Part shown: positions 52,371-61,712 of the stretch, in pieces
How positions within the stretch are numbered: position 1 is the first letter of the stretch
How the letters are laid out: each line of letters begins with the position of its first letter
From: Anderseniella sp.
GTDB lineage: Bacteria; Pseudomonadota; Alphaproteobacteria; Rhizobiales; Aestuariivirgaceae
Assembly (NCBI GenBank): GCA_028289645.1
Contig: JANQOK010000020.1
Span: 42,562 to 106,561, forward strand
Direction: 5' to 3'
DNA length: 64,000 nt
Made by a program: the position numbers and the translations under genes
Notes under the pieces: model-generated
Seen by the model: the letters and a program-made list of their open reading frames with translations, nothing else
Told to the model about the DNA's origin: nothing
The model's database searches: none

Positions 52371-52400
52371 CTCGTTACAACTCTTCATAAAACTTCACAA
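52371..52400 (+). promoter_or_regulatory. Three in-phase decamer direct repeats (CTCGTTACAA, CTCTTCATAA, AACTTCACAA), candidate OmpR-family operator
   Basis: 10-bp periodicity about 140-170 bp upstream of the first peroxidase ATG; the middle unit is 8/10 identical to the TorR box CTGTTCATAT. Confidence 0.55.
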
Positions 52401-52537
52401 GATTCCCGCCTGAGAGAAATACCCGCGTTACATTGCGGGCATAGGCTCCCCAATGAGTTTGAGCGAAGCAACGTTGTCTGAGGTGCTGAAGACCGGCGTT
52501 GCCCGCCCATTTGCGCAACGCAAAAAGGGGAGGTGGC

Positions 52538-53659
52538 ATGGCACATGTTCCAGTAGGTCAAAACCTGTTCGGGTTAAGGGGAGCATTGCTGGCTCCGGTT
52601 ATGGTTGCGCTGACAGGCGCCTTGAGCATGCCGGCCAGCGCCGATGACTTTGGTCCGGTAAAGCCCCTGGAGGTAAAGCGCGAGCTTGCAGACCTGGGCA
52701 AGCGGCTGTTCTTCGACGAGCGGCTCTCAGGCGACACCAGCCTGGCCTGTGCCAGCTGCCATCAGCCGGACAAGGCATTCACCGACGGCAAGGCTCTGTC
52801 CGACGCCTATACGGGCTCGTCCCACTTCCGCAACACGCCGACGCTTGCCAATGTCGGCCACCGCGCGGCCTGGTTCCACGATGGGCGCCTGGGCACCAAC
52901 CTGAACGATGTGACCCGGGAATCGATCACAGAAACCTACTTCATGAACATGGACATGCGCATCATGCAGGAGCGCCTCAAGCAGGACCCTGTCTATGTTG
53001 AAATGTTTAAGAAGGCTGGCAAGGGAACCCCTTCCAACGGCGGCGCCCGCTCTGCAATCCAGGAGTTCTTGAAATCGATCACATCAAGCGGTGCTCCGTT
53101 TGACACCGGCGACATGTCAGATTCCGCCAAAGCCGGCTTTGAGCTGTTCAAGGGCAAGGCATCCTGTGCGGAGTGTCATACAGGGCCCCGGTTTACCGAC
53201 GATCAGCCGCACAATACCGGCGTGCCGGAAAATCCGGATATCTGGTCCGATCCCGACCGCCACGTGACATTTGTGACCTACGCCAAGTTCATGGGTATTG
53301 AAAACTACATGAATGTGCGCCGCGATCTCGGCGCTTATGTGCGCGATCACAAACCGGAAAGTGCCGGCAAGTTCATGACGCCGACATTGCGTGAACTGAC
53401 CTACACGGCTCCGTACATGCACAACGGCACCATGGCTTCGCTGGAAGAGGTGGTCGAGTTCTACAATGCCGGTGGCGGCAACAAGGCCAACAAGGACAAA
53501 CGCCTGCATCCTTTGAACCTGACCGACGAGGAAAAGGGCGATCTTGTCGAGTTCCTGAAGTCGCTGTCCGGCAACAGCTTCGATGTTCCGTCCTACAATC
53601 CCGGCGAGATCGACACCGATTATCCGTTGATCGCCGACTGGCGCAACCAGAAAAACTGA
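52538..53659 (+). CDS. idrP2: Di-haem cytochrome c peroxidase-family protein (IdrP-like; distal to idrB)
   Basis: Signal peptide; LG..LFFD.RLSGD, CASCH, RNTPTL, CAECH, F.TPTLR...TAPYMHNG; P1/P2 numbering assumed from position. Confidence 0.8.
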   Translation: MAHVPVGQNLFGLRGALLAPVMVALTGALSMPASADDFGPVKPLEVKRELADLGKRLFFDERLSGDTSLACASCHQPDKAFTDGKALSDAYTGSSHFRNTPTLANVGHRAAWFHDGRLGTNLNDVTRESITETYFMNMDMRIMQERLKQDPVYVEMFKKAGKGTPSNGGARSAIQEFLKSITSSGAPFDTGDMSDSAKAGFELFKGKASCAECHTGPRFTDDQPHNTGVPENPDIWSDPDRHVTFVTYAKFMGIENYMNVRRDLGAYVRDHKPESAGKFMTPTLRELTYTAPYMHNGTMASLEEVVEFYNAGGGNKANKDKRLHPLNLTDEEKGDLVEFLKSLSGNSFDVPSYNPGEIDTDYPLIADWRNQKN

Positions 53660-53672
53660 AGAGGGGCTGATC

Positions 53673-54815
53673 ATGAAATTCCAAATCTCAATCCCGCTTG
53701 CTGCAATCACCCTGGTGGCGTCCTCACTGGCGGTGTTTATAGCGCCCGCCCAGGCCCAGGATCGGCCGGCCATGCTGGCGCCGCTGGGCGATCCGCCAAA
53801 TCCGCCGGACAATCCGACCACCCAGGAAAAGGTGGAACTCGGCAAGCTGCTGTTCTTTGACGGGCGCCTGTCGGGCAACGGCGCGATGCCCTGTTCGGCC
53901 TGCCACTTGCCGGATGCCGGTTGGGACTTTCCTGAGAAGATATCTCTGGGTTATCCCGGTACCACTCACTGGCGCAACAGCCAGACCATCATCAACTCCG
54001 CCTATTACGGCAAGCTGTTCTGGGCCGGGTCCTCGAAATCGCTTGAGGGCCAGGCCAGGTCAGCCGCACGCGGCGGTGTGGCTGGAAACGGGGAAGACGA
54101 CATGATGGAGGCCCGCCTGGCCTTCGTCCCGGAATACCGCAAGCGGTTCAAGGCCGTGTTCGGCGACACCTGGCCGAACGTGCGTCATGCCTACATGGCC
54201 ATTGCCGCATTTGAACGTACGCTTGTGCAGACCGATACCCCGTTCGACAACTACATGCGCGGCGATGACAACGCCCTCAACGCGTCTCAGAAGCGTGGCC
54301 TGGACCTGTTTACCGGAAAGGCGGGCTGTGCCCAGTGTCACTCCGGTGCGATGTTGACCAACGAGAAATACTATAACCTCGGCGTGCCGCCCTATGACGG
54401 TTGGGAGACCGATCCGCTGGCGCAGATCACGTTCCGGTTCGAGCTCTATGCCAAGGGGACGAGCCAGGACAAGTACAAGAAGTTCAAGGATGATCCGGGC
54501 TTCTATTTCCGAACCAAGCAGGTCGCCGATCTCGGCAAGTTCCGTGTGCCGTCGCTGCGCTACACCAAGTACACCGCTCCCTACATGCACAACGGCATGT
54601 TGGCCTCGCTGGCCGATGTCGTCGAGTTCTACAATGCCGGCGGCGGCGAAAACGAGTTTGCAGCAACCAAGACAAAGCTGATCAAGCCGCTCGGTCTCAA
54701 CGATACGGAGAAGGCTGATCTGGTGGCGTTCATCGAAAGCCTGTCGGGAGAGCGGATCGAGATGGAACAGCCCGATCTGCCGCCCAGCGAGCCGCTGCCG
54801 GCTTCATCAAATTGA
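53673..54815 (+). CDS. idrP1: Di-haem cytochrome c peroxidase-family protein (IdrP-like; adjacent to idrB)
   Basis: Signal peptide; LGKLLFFD.RLSG, CSACH, RNSQT, CAQCH, FRVPSLR...TAPYMHNG; numbering assumed from position. Confidence 0.8.
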   Translation: MKFQISIPLAAITLVASSLAVFIAPAQAQDRPAMLAPLGDPPNPPDNPTTQEKVELGKLLFFDGRLSGNGAMPCSACHLPDAGWDFPEKISLGYPGTTHWRNSQTIINSAYYGKLFWAGSSKSLEGQARSAARGGVAGNGEDDMMEARLAFVPEYRKRFKAVFGDTWPNVRHAYMAIAAFERTLVQTDTPFDNYMRGDDNALNASQKRGLDLFTGKAGCAQCHSGAMLTNEKYYNLGVPPYDGWETDPLAQITFRFELYAKGTSQDKYKKFKDDPGFYFRTKQVADLGKFRVPSLRYTKYTAPYMHNGMLASLADVVEFYNAGGGENEFAATKTKLIKPLGLNDTEKADLVAFIESLSGERIEMEQPDLPPSEPLPASSN

Positions 54816-55414
54816 CAATGCAGGAGAAAGCCATGACTGAGAACACTGGCCTGATAGAAGCCATCAATGGACCTGCAGAAGCGCGCAAGACCGGGCGCAG
54901 CTGTGTCCTGAACCGCAGGTCGTTCCTGCTCACCTCGGGCGTTGCCACGGCCACCGTCATGGTGACCATGCACACCGCAGACGGGTTGGCCAACGTGCCG
55001 GCGCTGGTTGCCACTTACCCGCGCAAGTTGATCGGCAAACTGTCCGAACTGAAGCCGGACGAGCCGCTGGATTTCGCCTATCCGGACGACAATTCCTACT
55101 CTGAATCGATGCTTGTGAAGCTTGGCCGCGAAGCCGGCGGCGGTATCGGGCCCGACAAGGATGTCGTTGCCTTCAATTACAACTGCACCCATCAGGGCGG
55201 TCCGCTGCAGGGCACCTACCAGGCCGACGACAAGGCTCTGGGGCCGTGCCCGCTGCACCTGACCACGTTCGACCTCACCCGGCACGGCATGTTCATTTCC
55301 GGTCAGGCCTATCAAAGCCTGCCGCAGGTTCTTCTCGAGCTTGATGGTGACGATATCTATGCCGTTGGCATGTTTGGCCTGATCTATGGCCGTTACGACA
55401 ATCTGCAGGGGTAA
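54812..55414 (+). CDS. idrB: Tat-exported Rieske subunit, AioB/IdrB family
   Basis: NRRSFLL twin-arginine motif; GGGIGP..D.VAF, CTHQGG and CPLH Rieske boxes, GQAYQSLPQV.L; start 54812 or 54833. Confidence 0.85.
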   Translation: MTMQEKAMTENTGLIEAINGPAEARKTGRSCVLNRRSFLLTSGVATATVMVTMHTADGLANVPALVATYPRKLIGKLSELKPDEPLDFAYPDDNSYSESMLVKLGREAGGGIGPDKDVVAFNYNCTHQGGPLQGTYQADDKALGPCPLHLTTFDLTRHGMFISGQAYQSLPQVLLELDGDDIYAVGMFGLIYGRYDNLQG

Positions 55415-55426
55415 GGGAGACCAAAC

Positions 55427-58102
55427 ATGACAACGCCGTATTATATTCCCGAAACCAACATTCCGCTGCCGCCGGTCGATGCCGACGTGATCTCCACCGC
55501 CTGCGACTATTGCATCGTCGCGTGCGGCTACAAGGTCTATCGCTGGCCGGTTAGAGGCGGCAAGGTGGGCGGCCCGAAGGCCGACCAGAACGCATTTGGC
55601 GTCGATTTCCCGGTTGAAATTCTGGGACCCTGGGTGGCCCCGAACCAGTACAATGTCGTGCTGCACGAAAACGAGCCGCATCACGTCATCATCATTCCGG
55701 ACAAGGATGCCAAGCACGTCAACATCAACGGCAACTCGTCGATCCGCGGCGGTGCCATTGCGCAGAAGGTCTACAACCCGCAGACCCCGACCCGTGACCG
55801 GCTGAAATCGCCGATGATCCGCATGTTCGGCGTTCTGATGCCGGTGCCGTGGGATTTCGCGCTGGAGATCGCCGCTGAAGTCGGCAAGCACGTGATTGAA
55901 AAGCATGGCGCCAATGCCTACTGCGTGAAAACCTTCTCCTATGGCTACATGGAAAACACCTATGCCATCACCAAATATGCGCTAAGGCACATCTCAACCG
56001 CCAACTTCACTTTCCATGACACGCCGTCCGATGTCACCTCGACGCCGGGCTTCCGTGATGCGGGCTTTGACAATTTCGGACCGGCATATGAAGACTGGCG
56101 TGATGCCGAAACCTTGATGATCTGCGGCACCGATCCGTATGAATCGAAAACCATCCTTTTTACCGACTGGATCATGCCGGCGATTCAGGGTGGCCAGAAG
56201 ACCATCTTCCTCAGCCCGCGCAATACGGGCGGGATTGCCTATGCGGTCAAGAACGGCGGCATGTGGATCGACCTTCTGCCGGGTACCGACCTGCCGGTGG
56301 TGCTGGCCATTGCCCGGGTCATCGTCGAGAACGGCTGGCAGGACGACGAGTGGATCAGGAACTGGGTCAACAACAAATCCGAAAGCTCGTCCGGCTTTGG
56401 CCAGGGCACGCGCAACACGCCGTGGCAGTGGCGCACCACGTGGGGCAAATTCCAGACGGGCGGTTTTGACGACTGGAAAAAGTGGTTGCTCGAGCAGGAC
56501 TACGCGGTGCCGGAAAAGGCGGCGGAAATTGCCCAGATCGATGTTGCCAAGATCTACACCGCGGCCGAATGGCTGGCCAAGCCACGCGAAGACGGGTCAC
56601 GCCCGAAGGCGTCGTTCATGATCGAGAAGGGCTTCTACTGGTCGAACAACACCGGCAACACCAACGCCATATCGGCGCTCGGCATCACCTGTGGCGCCGG
56701 CGGCAGGCCGGGCCAGATGATCGGCCGCGCCGGCGGTCACCAGCGTGGCGGTCTTCGCGGTGGCAAGTACCCGCGCAACAAGTCGCCGGAAAAACTGCCG
56801 GGGCGCCGTCGCCGGGCCATGGACACCGACCGCTATCTGATGTCGGGTCATACCCGGCTGGCCCATGTCATCGGCAATACGTGGATCCAGTCCATGTGCG
56901 GCAGCCAGAGCCTGTCTGCGAAATTTGAGGAACTGACGGCTCAGAATCCGCATCAGATCAGGTCGTTTGACAAGCAGGAGATCATCGAAACGCTCAAGAA
57001 GCGCGCCGACTCCGGCGGCATGGTCGTGTTCGACCAGGACATCTACCTTGTCGACCCGATCGGGGCCCGGTTCGCCGACATCATCTTCCCGGCAGCCGGT
57101 TGGGGAGAGGACACGTTCACCCGTGCCAACGGTGAACGCAGGATCCGGCTGTATCCGAAGTTCTACGACCCGCCGGGAGAGGCAAAGCCGGACTGGTGGA
57201 TCATCGCGCAGCTTTCGAAGAAAATGGGTTTTGAGGGCTTTGACTGGAACAACTCGAACGATGTTCTCGAAGAAGGGGCACGGTTCTCCCGCGGCAGCCG
57301 CAAGGACTTCTTCATGGTCAAGGTCGCCGCCCAGAAGGAAGGCAAGACCCTGCACCAGAAACTCGGTGAGTTCGGAACCGACGGGATCCAGGGCCCTGTG
57401 ATGATGCTGGATGACGGCAGCCTGGAAGGCACCAAGCGCCTGCATGACACGACCCGCAAGCTGCCCGATGACGGTGCGGCCGGTGCCAATGTCTTCAACA
57501 AGAAGCTGACCCATTTCAATTCGCAGACCGGCAAGTGCAACATCCAGAAAGCACCGTGGTCACTGTTCTCCGACTATTGGGAGTGGCTCAGTCCGAAAGG
57601 CGATGAATTGTGGACCACGTCCGGCCGCATCAACGAGCGCTGGCAGTCGGGTTACGATGATCGCAGGCGTCCCTACATTGTGCAGCGCTGGCCGGAAAAC
57701 TGGGTTGAGCTGCATCCTGACGACGCAGCCGCCCGGGGCATCGAGAACGGCGACTATGTGATGTTGTATTCCGATCGCATCCCGGTTCAGGTTGACACCA
57801 TCATCGGCATCGAGGGCGATGACTTCACTTTCACGAAGCTGATGGAGAACGGTCATATCAAGCTGGAAAAAGCCGCCATTACTGCCGTCGCCATCGTGAC
57901 GCCGGCGCTCAAGAAGGGGGTCATGTACATGGACTTCCTGCACACTTCCCAGCCGGCCAATGCACTGGCCGGGCGGGTCGTGGACTGGATCAGCGGCAAC
58001 TACAACTACAAGATGGGTGTCGGCAATGTGAAGAAGATCGGCGAGTCCCCGTACAAGCACGACTTCCGGTCCATGTCGTTTGCACGGCGCGACATCGCCT
58101 GA
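55427..58102 (+). CDS. idrA: Molybdopterin oxidoreductase large subunit, AioA-like IdrA clade (candidate iodate reductase)
   Basis: CDYCIVACG [3Fe-4S] motif, SSIRGG, RAGGHQ, GRINE.WQ; no signal peptide of its own; context of two CCPs plus Rieske. Confidence 0.83.
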   Translation: MTTPYYIPETNIPLPPVDADVISTACDYCIVACGYKVYRWPVRGGKVGGPKADQNAFGVDFPVEILGPWVAPNQYNVVLHENEPHHVIIIPDKDAKHVNINGNSSIRGGAIAQKVYNPQTPTRDRLKSPMIRMFGVLMPVPWDFALEIAAEVGKHVIEKHGANAYCVKTFSYGYMENTYAITKYALRHISTANFTFHDTPSDVTSTPGFRDAGFDNFGPAYEDWRDAETLMICGTDPYESKTILFTDWIMPAIQGGQKTIFLSPRNTGGIAYAVKNGGMWIDLLPGTDLPVVLAIARVIVENGWQDDEWIRNWVNNKSESSSGFGQGTRNTPWQWRTTWGKFQTGGFDDWKKWLLEQDYAVPEKAAEIAQIDVAKIYTAAEWLAKPREDGSRPKASFMIEKGFYWSNNTGNTNAISALGITCGAGGRPGQMIGRAGGHQRGGLRGGKYPRNKSPEKLPGRRRRAMDTDRYLMSGHTRLAHVIGNTWIQSMCGSQSLSAKFEELTAQNPHQIRSFDKQEIIETLKKRADSGGMVVFDQDIYLVDPIGARFADIIFPAAGWGEDTFTRANGERRIRLYPKFYDPPGEAKPDWWIIAQLSKKMGFEGFDWNNSNDVLEEGARFSRGSRKDFFMVKVAAQKEGKTLHQKLGEFGTDGIQGPVMMLDDGSLEGTKRLHDTTRKLPDDGAAGANVFNKKLTHFNSQTGKCNIQKAPWSLFSDYWEWLSPKGDELWTTSGRINERWQSGYDDRRRPYIVQRWPENWVELHPDDAAARGIENGDYVMLYSDRIPVQVDTIIGIEGDDFTFTKLMENGHIKLEKAAITAVAIVTPALKKGVMYMDFLHTSQPANALAGRVVDWISGNYNYKMGVGNVKKIGESPYKHDFRSMSFARRDIA

Positions 58103-58108
58103 ACCTGA

Positions 58109-58136
58109 TCTCCGGGTGCGTTTGTGCGCCCGGAGA
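58109..58136 (+). other. Intercistronic hairpin without U-tract between idrA and the HEAT gene
   Basis: tctccggg/cccggaga 8-bp stem, extendable with G-U pairs. Confidence 0.5.
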
Positions 58137-58156
58137 ACTGCTGGGAGATCGAAGCC

Positions 58157-60460
58157 ATGGCAATTGCAATGCCCCGGCAGGACACGGCGTCCTGCGAGTT
58201 CAGCGAGCTTGCGCGCGCGCTGGCCGACATAGTTGTCAACGGCAACAATGCAGAGCGTTGCCTTGCCGTGCAGGGGTTGGGAAAACTGGACCACCCGACC
58301 GCCACGGATACTTTGATTGCCTCATTGCGCGATGCTGATCCCGATGTGCGCTGTGATGCGGCTGCCGCGCTGGCGAGTTTGAACGTTTCGGCAGCCTGTC
58401 AGCCACTGACGGACAACTTACGTGAAGACCCGGATTCCGAGGCAAAGACGCAATATGTCAAGGCGTTGCAGACCCTCGGGGCTGACGGCTGCCATGACTT
58501 GTTGTCGGCATTGGCAGTTGGCCGTGGGGAACACCACGACATAGCCTGGGATGAGGCCTATTCAGACTGGGATGACTGGCTCGACGTGCAATTGGCCGCT
58601 GTGGAGGCCCTGGGTGTGCTGGGTGCGGAGCAGGCCCCGGCGGTCATCGAGACGGCCCTCAACGACCCGGAAGGTCAGGACCTGTGGCCTGTGGCGTGCA
58701 CAGCGCTGGCGCGGCTGGGACGGCCCGGAATGGAAAAGCTGCAGCAATTGCTGTCACAGGCATCGGTGTTGAACCGCAAGCGTGTTGCTGCGGCACTTGC
58801 AGCCACGGATCCTGCTTTGTCCGGGGCGCTGATGCGACAACTTGCAGCTGATCGGGACGCCAGCGTACGTCTTGCAGTTGTCGAGAGCGCGGCCGCATCG
58901 GCAAGCGACGAAATACTGACCCTGGGACTTGATGATGTCGCCCCTGAAGTGCGAGCGGCGGCTGTCGCCGGCCTCGGGCAAGTGAGCACGAAGGCGCTCG
59001 ACAAGGCGCTCAATGATATCAGCCCGATCGTCGTTATTGCCGCCTGCAAGGCGATAGAGGGCGCCGGGCAACCGGTTGCCGGGCTGGCGCTCGTGTCGAG
59101 GACCGAACGCTCACTGCGCACCAAGCCACCAGAGGTGATCGCCGCAATGCTGGCTGCCGCCGCCGTTGCAGAGCCACGCCAGGCCTCGGCCTTGATTGAA
59201 GACATCTGCGATCACAGGAACACCGATGCCAGGGTGCGCCGTGTTTGCCTGCGGGCCGCGTCCACTTTGAACATGCCGGGTCTCAATGAAATGCTTGATC
59301 AGGCGATCGCCTCGGATGATCAGGCGGTGCGCATGGAAGCCATATCCGCATTGGCCGATCTGGCAAAGGCTGACGGCCCGGACGCAGATCGCGCGGCAGT
59401 TCAACTTGCAGAAACCATTGCCGGCGCGAAGATCGCCGCTCCTGTAGGAGAAGGCGACCAGGAAACCGGCACGGTCGTCCAGTTCGTCCCCAAAAAGGGG
59501 AAACAGGCGGCAGGCGATGAGGGTGATGCGACCATCAAGTTGGATCGCGGCGGCAATGAGATGCCATCAGCGGACAAGTCCGACAGCGACGGAACTGATG
59601 AGGCTGCACAATCCGGACAGAACGTCGATGAACCGCCTCCGCAATCTACCCTACAGGCCATCATGGCGGTTAACCCGGAGCGGATGCAGGCCGGCAATAC
59701 GGTTGAACTGGAAGATGCCGACCTGTCATTCCTGGAAATGACCGGGTCTCTCGTGCGCCGGCGCAAGCTGGACCCCGAGGCGAAACCTCCTGCCCATCTT
59801 GATGTCCGGCGTCTGGCGGCCGGTGTCGCCGGTGATACCCGCAAGTCGGTACTGGTTATGGCGCTCGCCCGTGCGGCAACCGAACGGGATGCTGCTCTCA
59901 GCGATGCTGCATTGAGCTCACTGCGCCGCCTGGCTGACCAGGACATAGATATGTCGGAGGCGCAACAGGACATGATTGTTCTGGCTTCGGGCAATGATGA
60001 CGGGCGCTGCCGGCAGGCAATACCGGTTCTCGGCGCAATTGCCTCGCCTGAGTCCGTTGAAGCGGTCCGCAATACCGCCGGCCACCGCTCACCCCAGGTG
60101 AGGGCAGCCTCATTGGCCGCACTGGTAACGGCCGGAACATTGACAGACGAGGAGTTTGCTTCGGCTGTTTCTGATCCAGATCACAAGGTCAGGCTCGCGG
60201 CAATAGAGGCAAGACAGCAAACCGGTCATCCCGGCATGGTGGCGCTCCTGCTCGAGCAGGCCCGGATGGAATCAGGCCGCCACAAGCATGAGGTTGCGAA
60301 ATTGCTGGCGACAGGTCCGAGTGATGCATTGCCGACGTTGACTGACTGGATCGCTGGTGCCGACACCCAAAGCAGATATCTGGCGCTGGAGATGCTGCCG
60401 GTGGTGCTTGCGGCCATGGCTGGCAACAAGGAAGGACATGATCATGCAGCCGCATCATAG
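58157..60460 (+). CDS. Large HEAT-repeat (PBS-lyase-like) protein
   Basis: Repeated L.D.DP.VR..AA.AL units, central acidic disordered insert, no signal peptide; stop overlaps the moeA start. Confidence 0.87.
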   Translation: MAIAMPRQDTASCEFSELARALADIVVNGNNAERCLAVQGLGKLDHPTATDTLIASLRDADPDVRCDAAAALASLNVSAACQPLTDNLREDPDSEAKTQYVKALQTLGADGCHDLLSALAVGRGEHHDIAWDEAYSDWDDWLDVQLAAVEALGVLGAEQAPAVIETALNDPEGQDLWPVACTALARLGRPGMEKLQQLLSQASVLNRKRVAAALAATDPALSGALMRQLAADRDASVRLAVVESAAASASDEILTLGLDDVAPEVRAAAVAGLGQVSTKALDKALNDISPIVVIAACKAIEGAGQPVAGLALVSRTERSLRTKPPEVIAAMLAAAAVAEPRQASALIEDICDHRNTDARVRRVCLRAASTLNMPGLNEMLDQAIASDDQAVRMEAISALADLAKADGPDADRAAVQLAETIAGAKIAAPVGEGDQETGTVVQFVPKKGKQAAGDEGDATIKLDRGGNEMPSADKSDSDGTDEAAQSGQNVDEPPPQSTLQAIMAVNPERMQAGNTVELEDADLSFLEMTGSLVRRRKLDPEAKPPAHLDVRRLAAGVAGDTRKSVLVMALARAATERDAALSDAALSSLRRLADQDIDMSEAQQDMIVLASGNDDGRCRQAIPVLGAIASPESVEAVRNTAGHRSPQVRAASLAALVTAGTLTDEEFASAVSDPDHKVRLAAIEARQQTGHPGMVALLLEQARMESGRHKHEVAKLLATGPSDALPTLTDWIAGADTQSRYLALEMLPVVLAAMAGNKEGHDHAAAS

Positions 60461-61712
60461 TGCCGGACCAGGCATTGCAGCCTGCACAGGATCCCAGAGC
60501 GGAAAGCTGACGACGCTGGATGTGGCTGTCGAACGCGGGTGCAGGCTGGCAAGTCCGGTTGAAGACACCATCAGCCTGCCACTGGAAGACGCATGTGGAC
60601 GGGTTCTTGCCACGCCGGTCACGGCACCTGGACCCCAGCCGCACTTCGATAATTCAGCCATGGACGGATATGCCGTGAGGTTTGCGGATCTGTCGGGCAT
60701 CGGTCCCTGGAGGTTGACGGTCGACGGCAGGATCGCCGCTGGCGACACCGGCGCCGGGCTGCACACGGCCCGGGCACTGCGGGTGCTGACCGGCGCGCCG
60801 GTGCCGCCGGAATTTGATGCGGTTATCATGCAGGAGCATGTCGAGCGGCTGGATGGTGCAATACTTGTTGCCCGGCGTCCCCGACCTGGTGAGAACATCC
60901 GGCGAGCCGGTGAAGACATCAAGCCGGGTCAGACATTGCTGGAATGCGGACATGTCTTGTCGCCGGCACGGCTGGCACTGGCAGCGTCAACCGGGCTGGC
61001 AATGCTGGATGTGCGCCGCAAGGTGCGTGTCGCAATCTTTTCAACGGGTAACGAACTCCGCCAGCCGGGTGAAACCTTGAACTTCGGGCAGATCTACAAT
61101 TCCAACCGCTTCATGCTCAAGGGCCTGCTTGCCCAGCCGATGCTCGAGGTCATTGACCTGGGCTCGTTGCCGGACGACAGGGTGAGGCTTGCCGAGGCGC
61201 TGGCCGCCGCGTCAAAGCAGGCAGATATCGTGATCACGACCGGAGGCGTATCGGTCGGCGAAGAAGATCATATGCCAGACCTGGTCCGCGACGCCGGGGG
61301 GCAACTGCACGTCCTGAACGTCGCCATGAAGCCAGGCAAGCCGGTCACGCTTGGAGAGATGAGCAGTGCGTTGTATGTCGGGTTGCCGGGAAATCCTGTA
61401 GCGGCATTCGTCACGTTCAACCTGATTGCGCGGCCCATGATCGACAGACTTGCGGGCGCAACAAGACCGCAAAACAGCAAATTCCCTGCAATCAGTGATT
61501 TCCAGCGGCGCAGGCGGCCGCATCGCGTCGAGTACGTTCCGGTTCGGATCACGGGCCGTGACGATCAGGGGCTGCCGATGGTGCAAATGCTGGGGCACGG
61601 CAGTTCTGCCGCGCTATTGCCGATCGCGCTGGCAGATGGGCTGGCGATGGTTGACGCAGGTGTCGGTGAATTGTCCAAAGGCGACACAATCACCTACCTG
61701 CCGTTCGGCTGA
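60438..61712 (+). CDS. moeA: Molybdopterin molybdotransferase (gephyrin-like)
   Basis: GRVLA, P.FDNSAMDGYA, TGAPVP, STGNEL, IYNSN, TTGGVSVGEED, MKPGKP, GLPGNPV. Confidence 0.95.
   Translation: MIMQPHHSAGPGIAACTGSQSGKLTTLDVAVERGCRLASPVEDTISLPLEDACGRVLATPVTAPGPQPHFDNSAMDGYAVRFADLSGIGPWRLTVDGRIAAGDTGAGLHTARALRVLTGAPVPPEFDAVIMQEHVERLDGAILVARRPRPGENIRRAGEDIKPGQTLLECGHVLSPARLALAASTGLAMLDVRRKVRVAIFSTGNELRQPGETLNFGQIYNSNRFMLKGLLAQPMLEVIDLGSLPDDRVRLAEALAAASKQADIVITTGGVSVGEEDHMPDLVRDAGGQLHVLNVAMKPGKPVTLGEMSSALYVGLPGNPVAAFVTFNLIARPMIDRLAGATRPQNSKFPAISDFQRRRRPHRVEYVPVRITGRDDQGLPMVQMLGHGSSAALLPIALADGLAMVDAGVGELSKGDTITYLPFG

Noticed and set aside
52455-52470. FNR-like box ttgagcgaagcaa upstream of idrP
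   Set aside because: Wrong spacing and a poor second half-site.
54812-58102. Arsenite oxidase aioBA
   Set aside because: Twin CCP context, a divergent HNRPAYNSE segment and the absence of aioXSR or ars genes favour the Idr clade; not formally excluded without a phylogeny.
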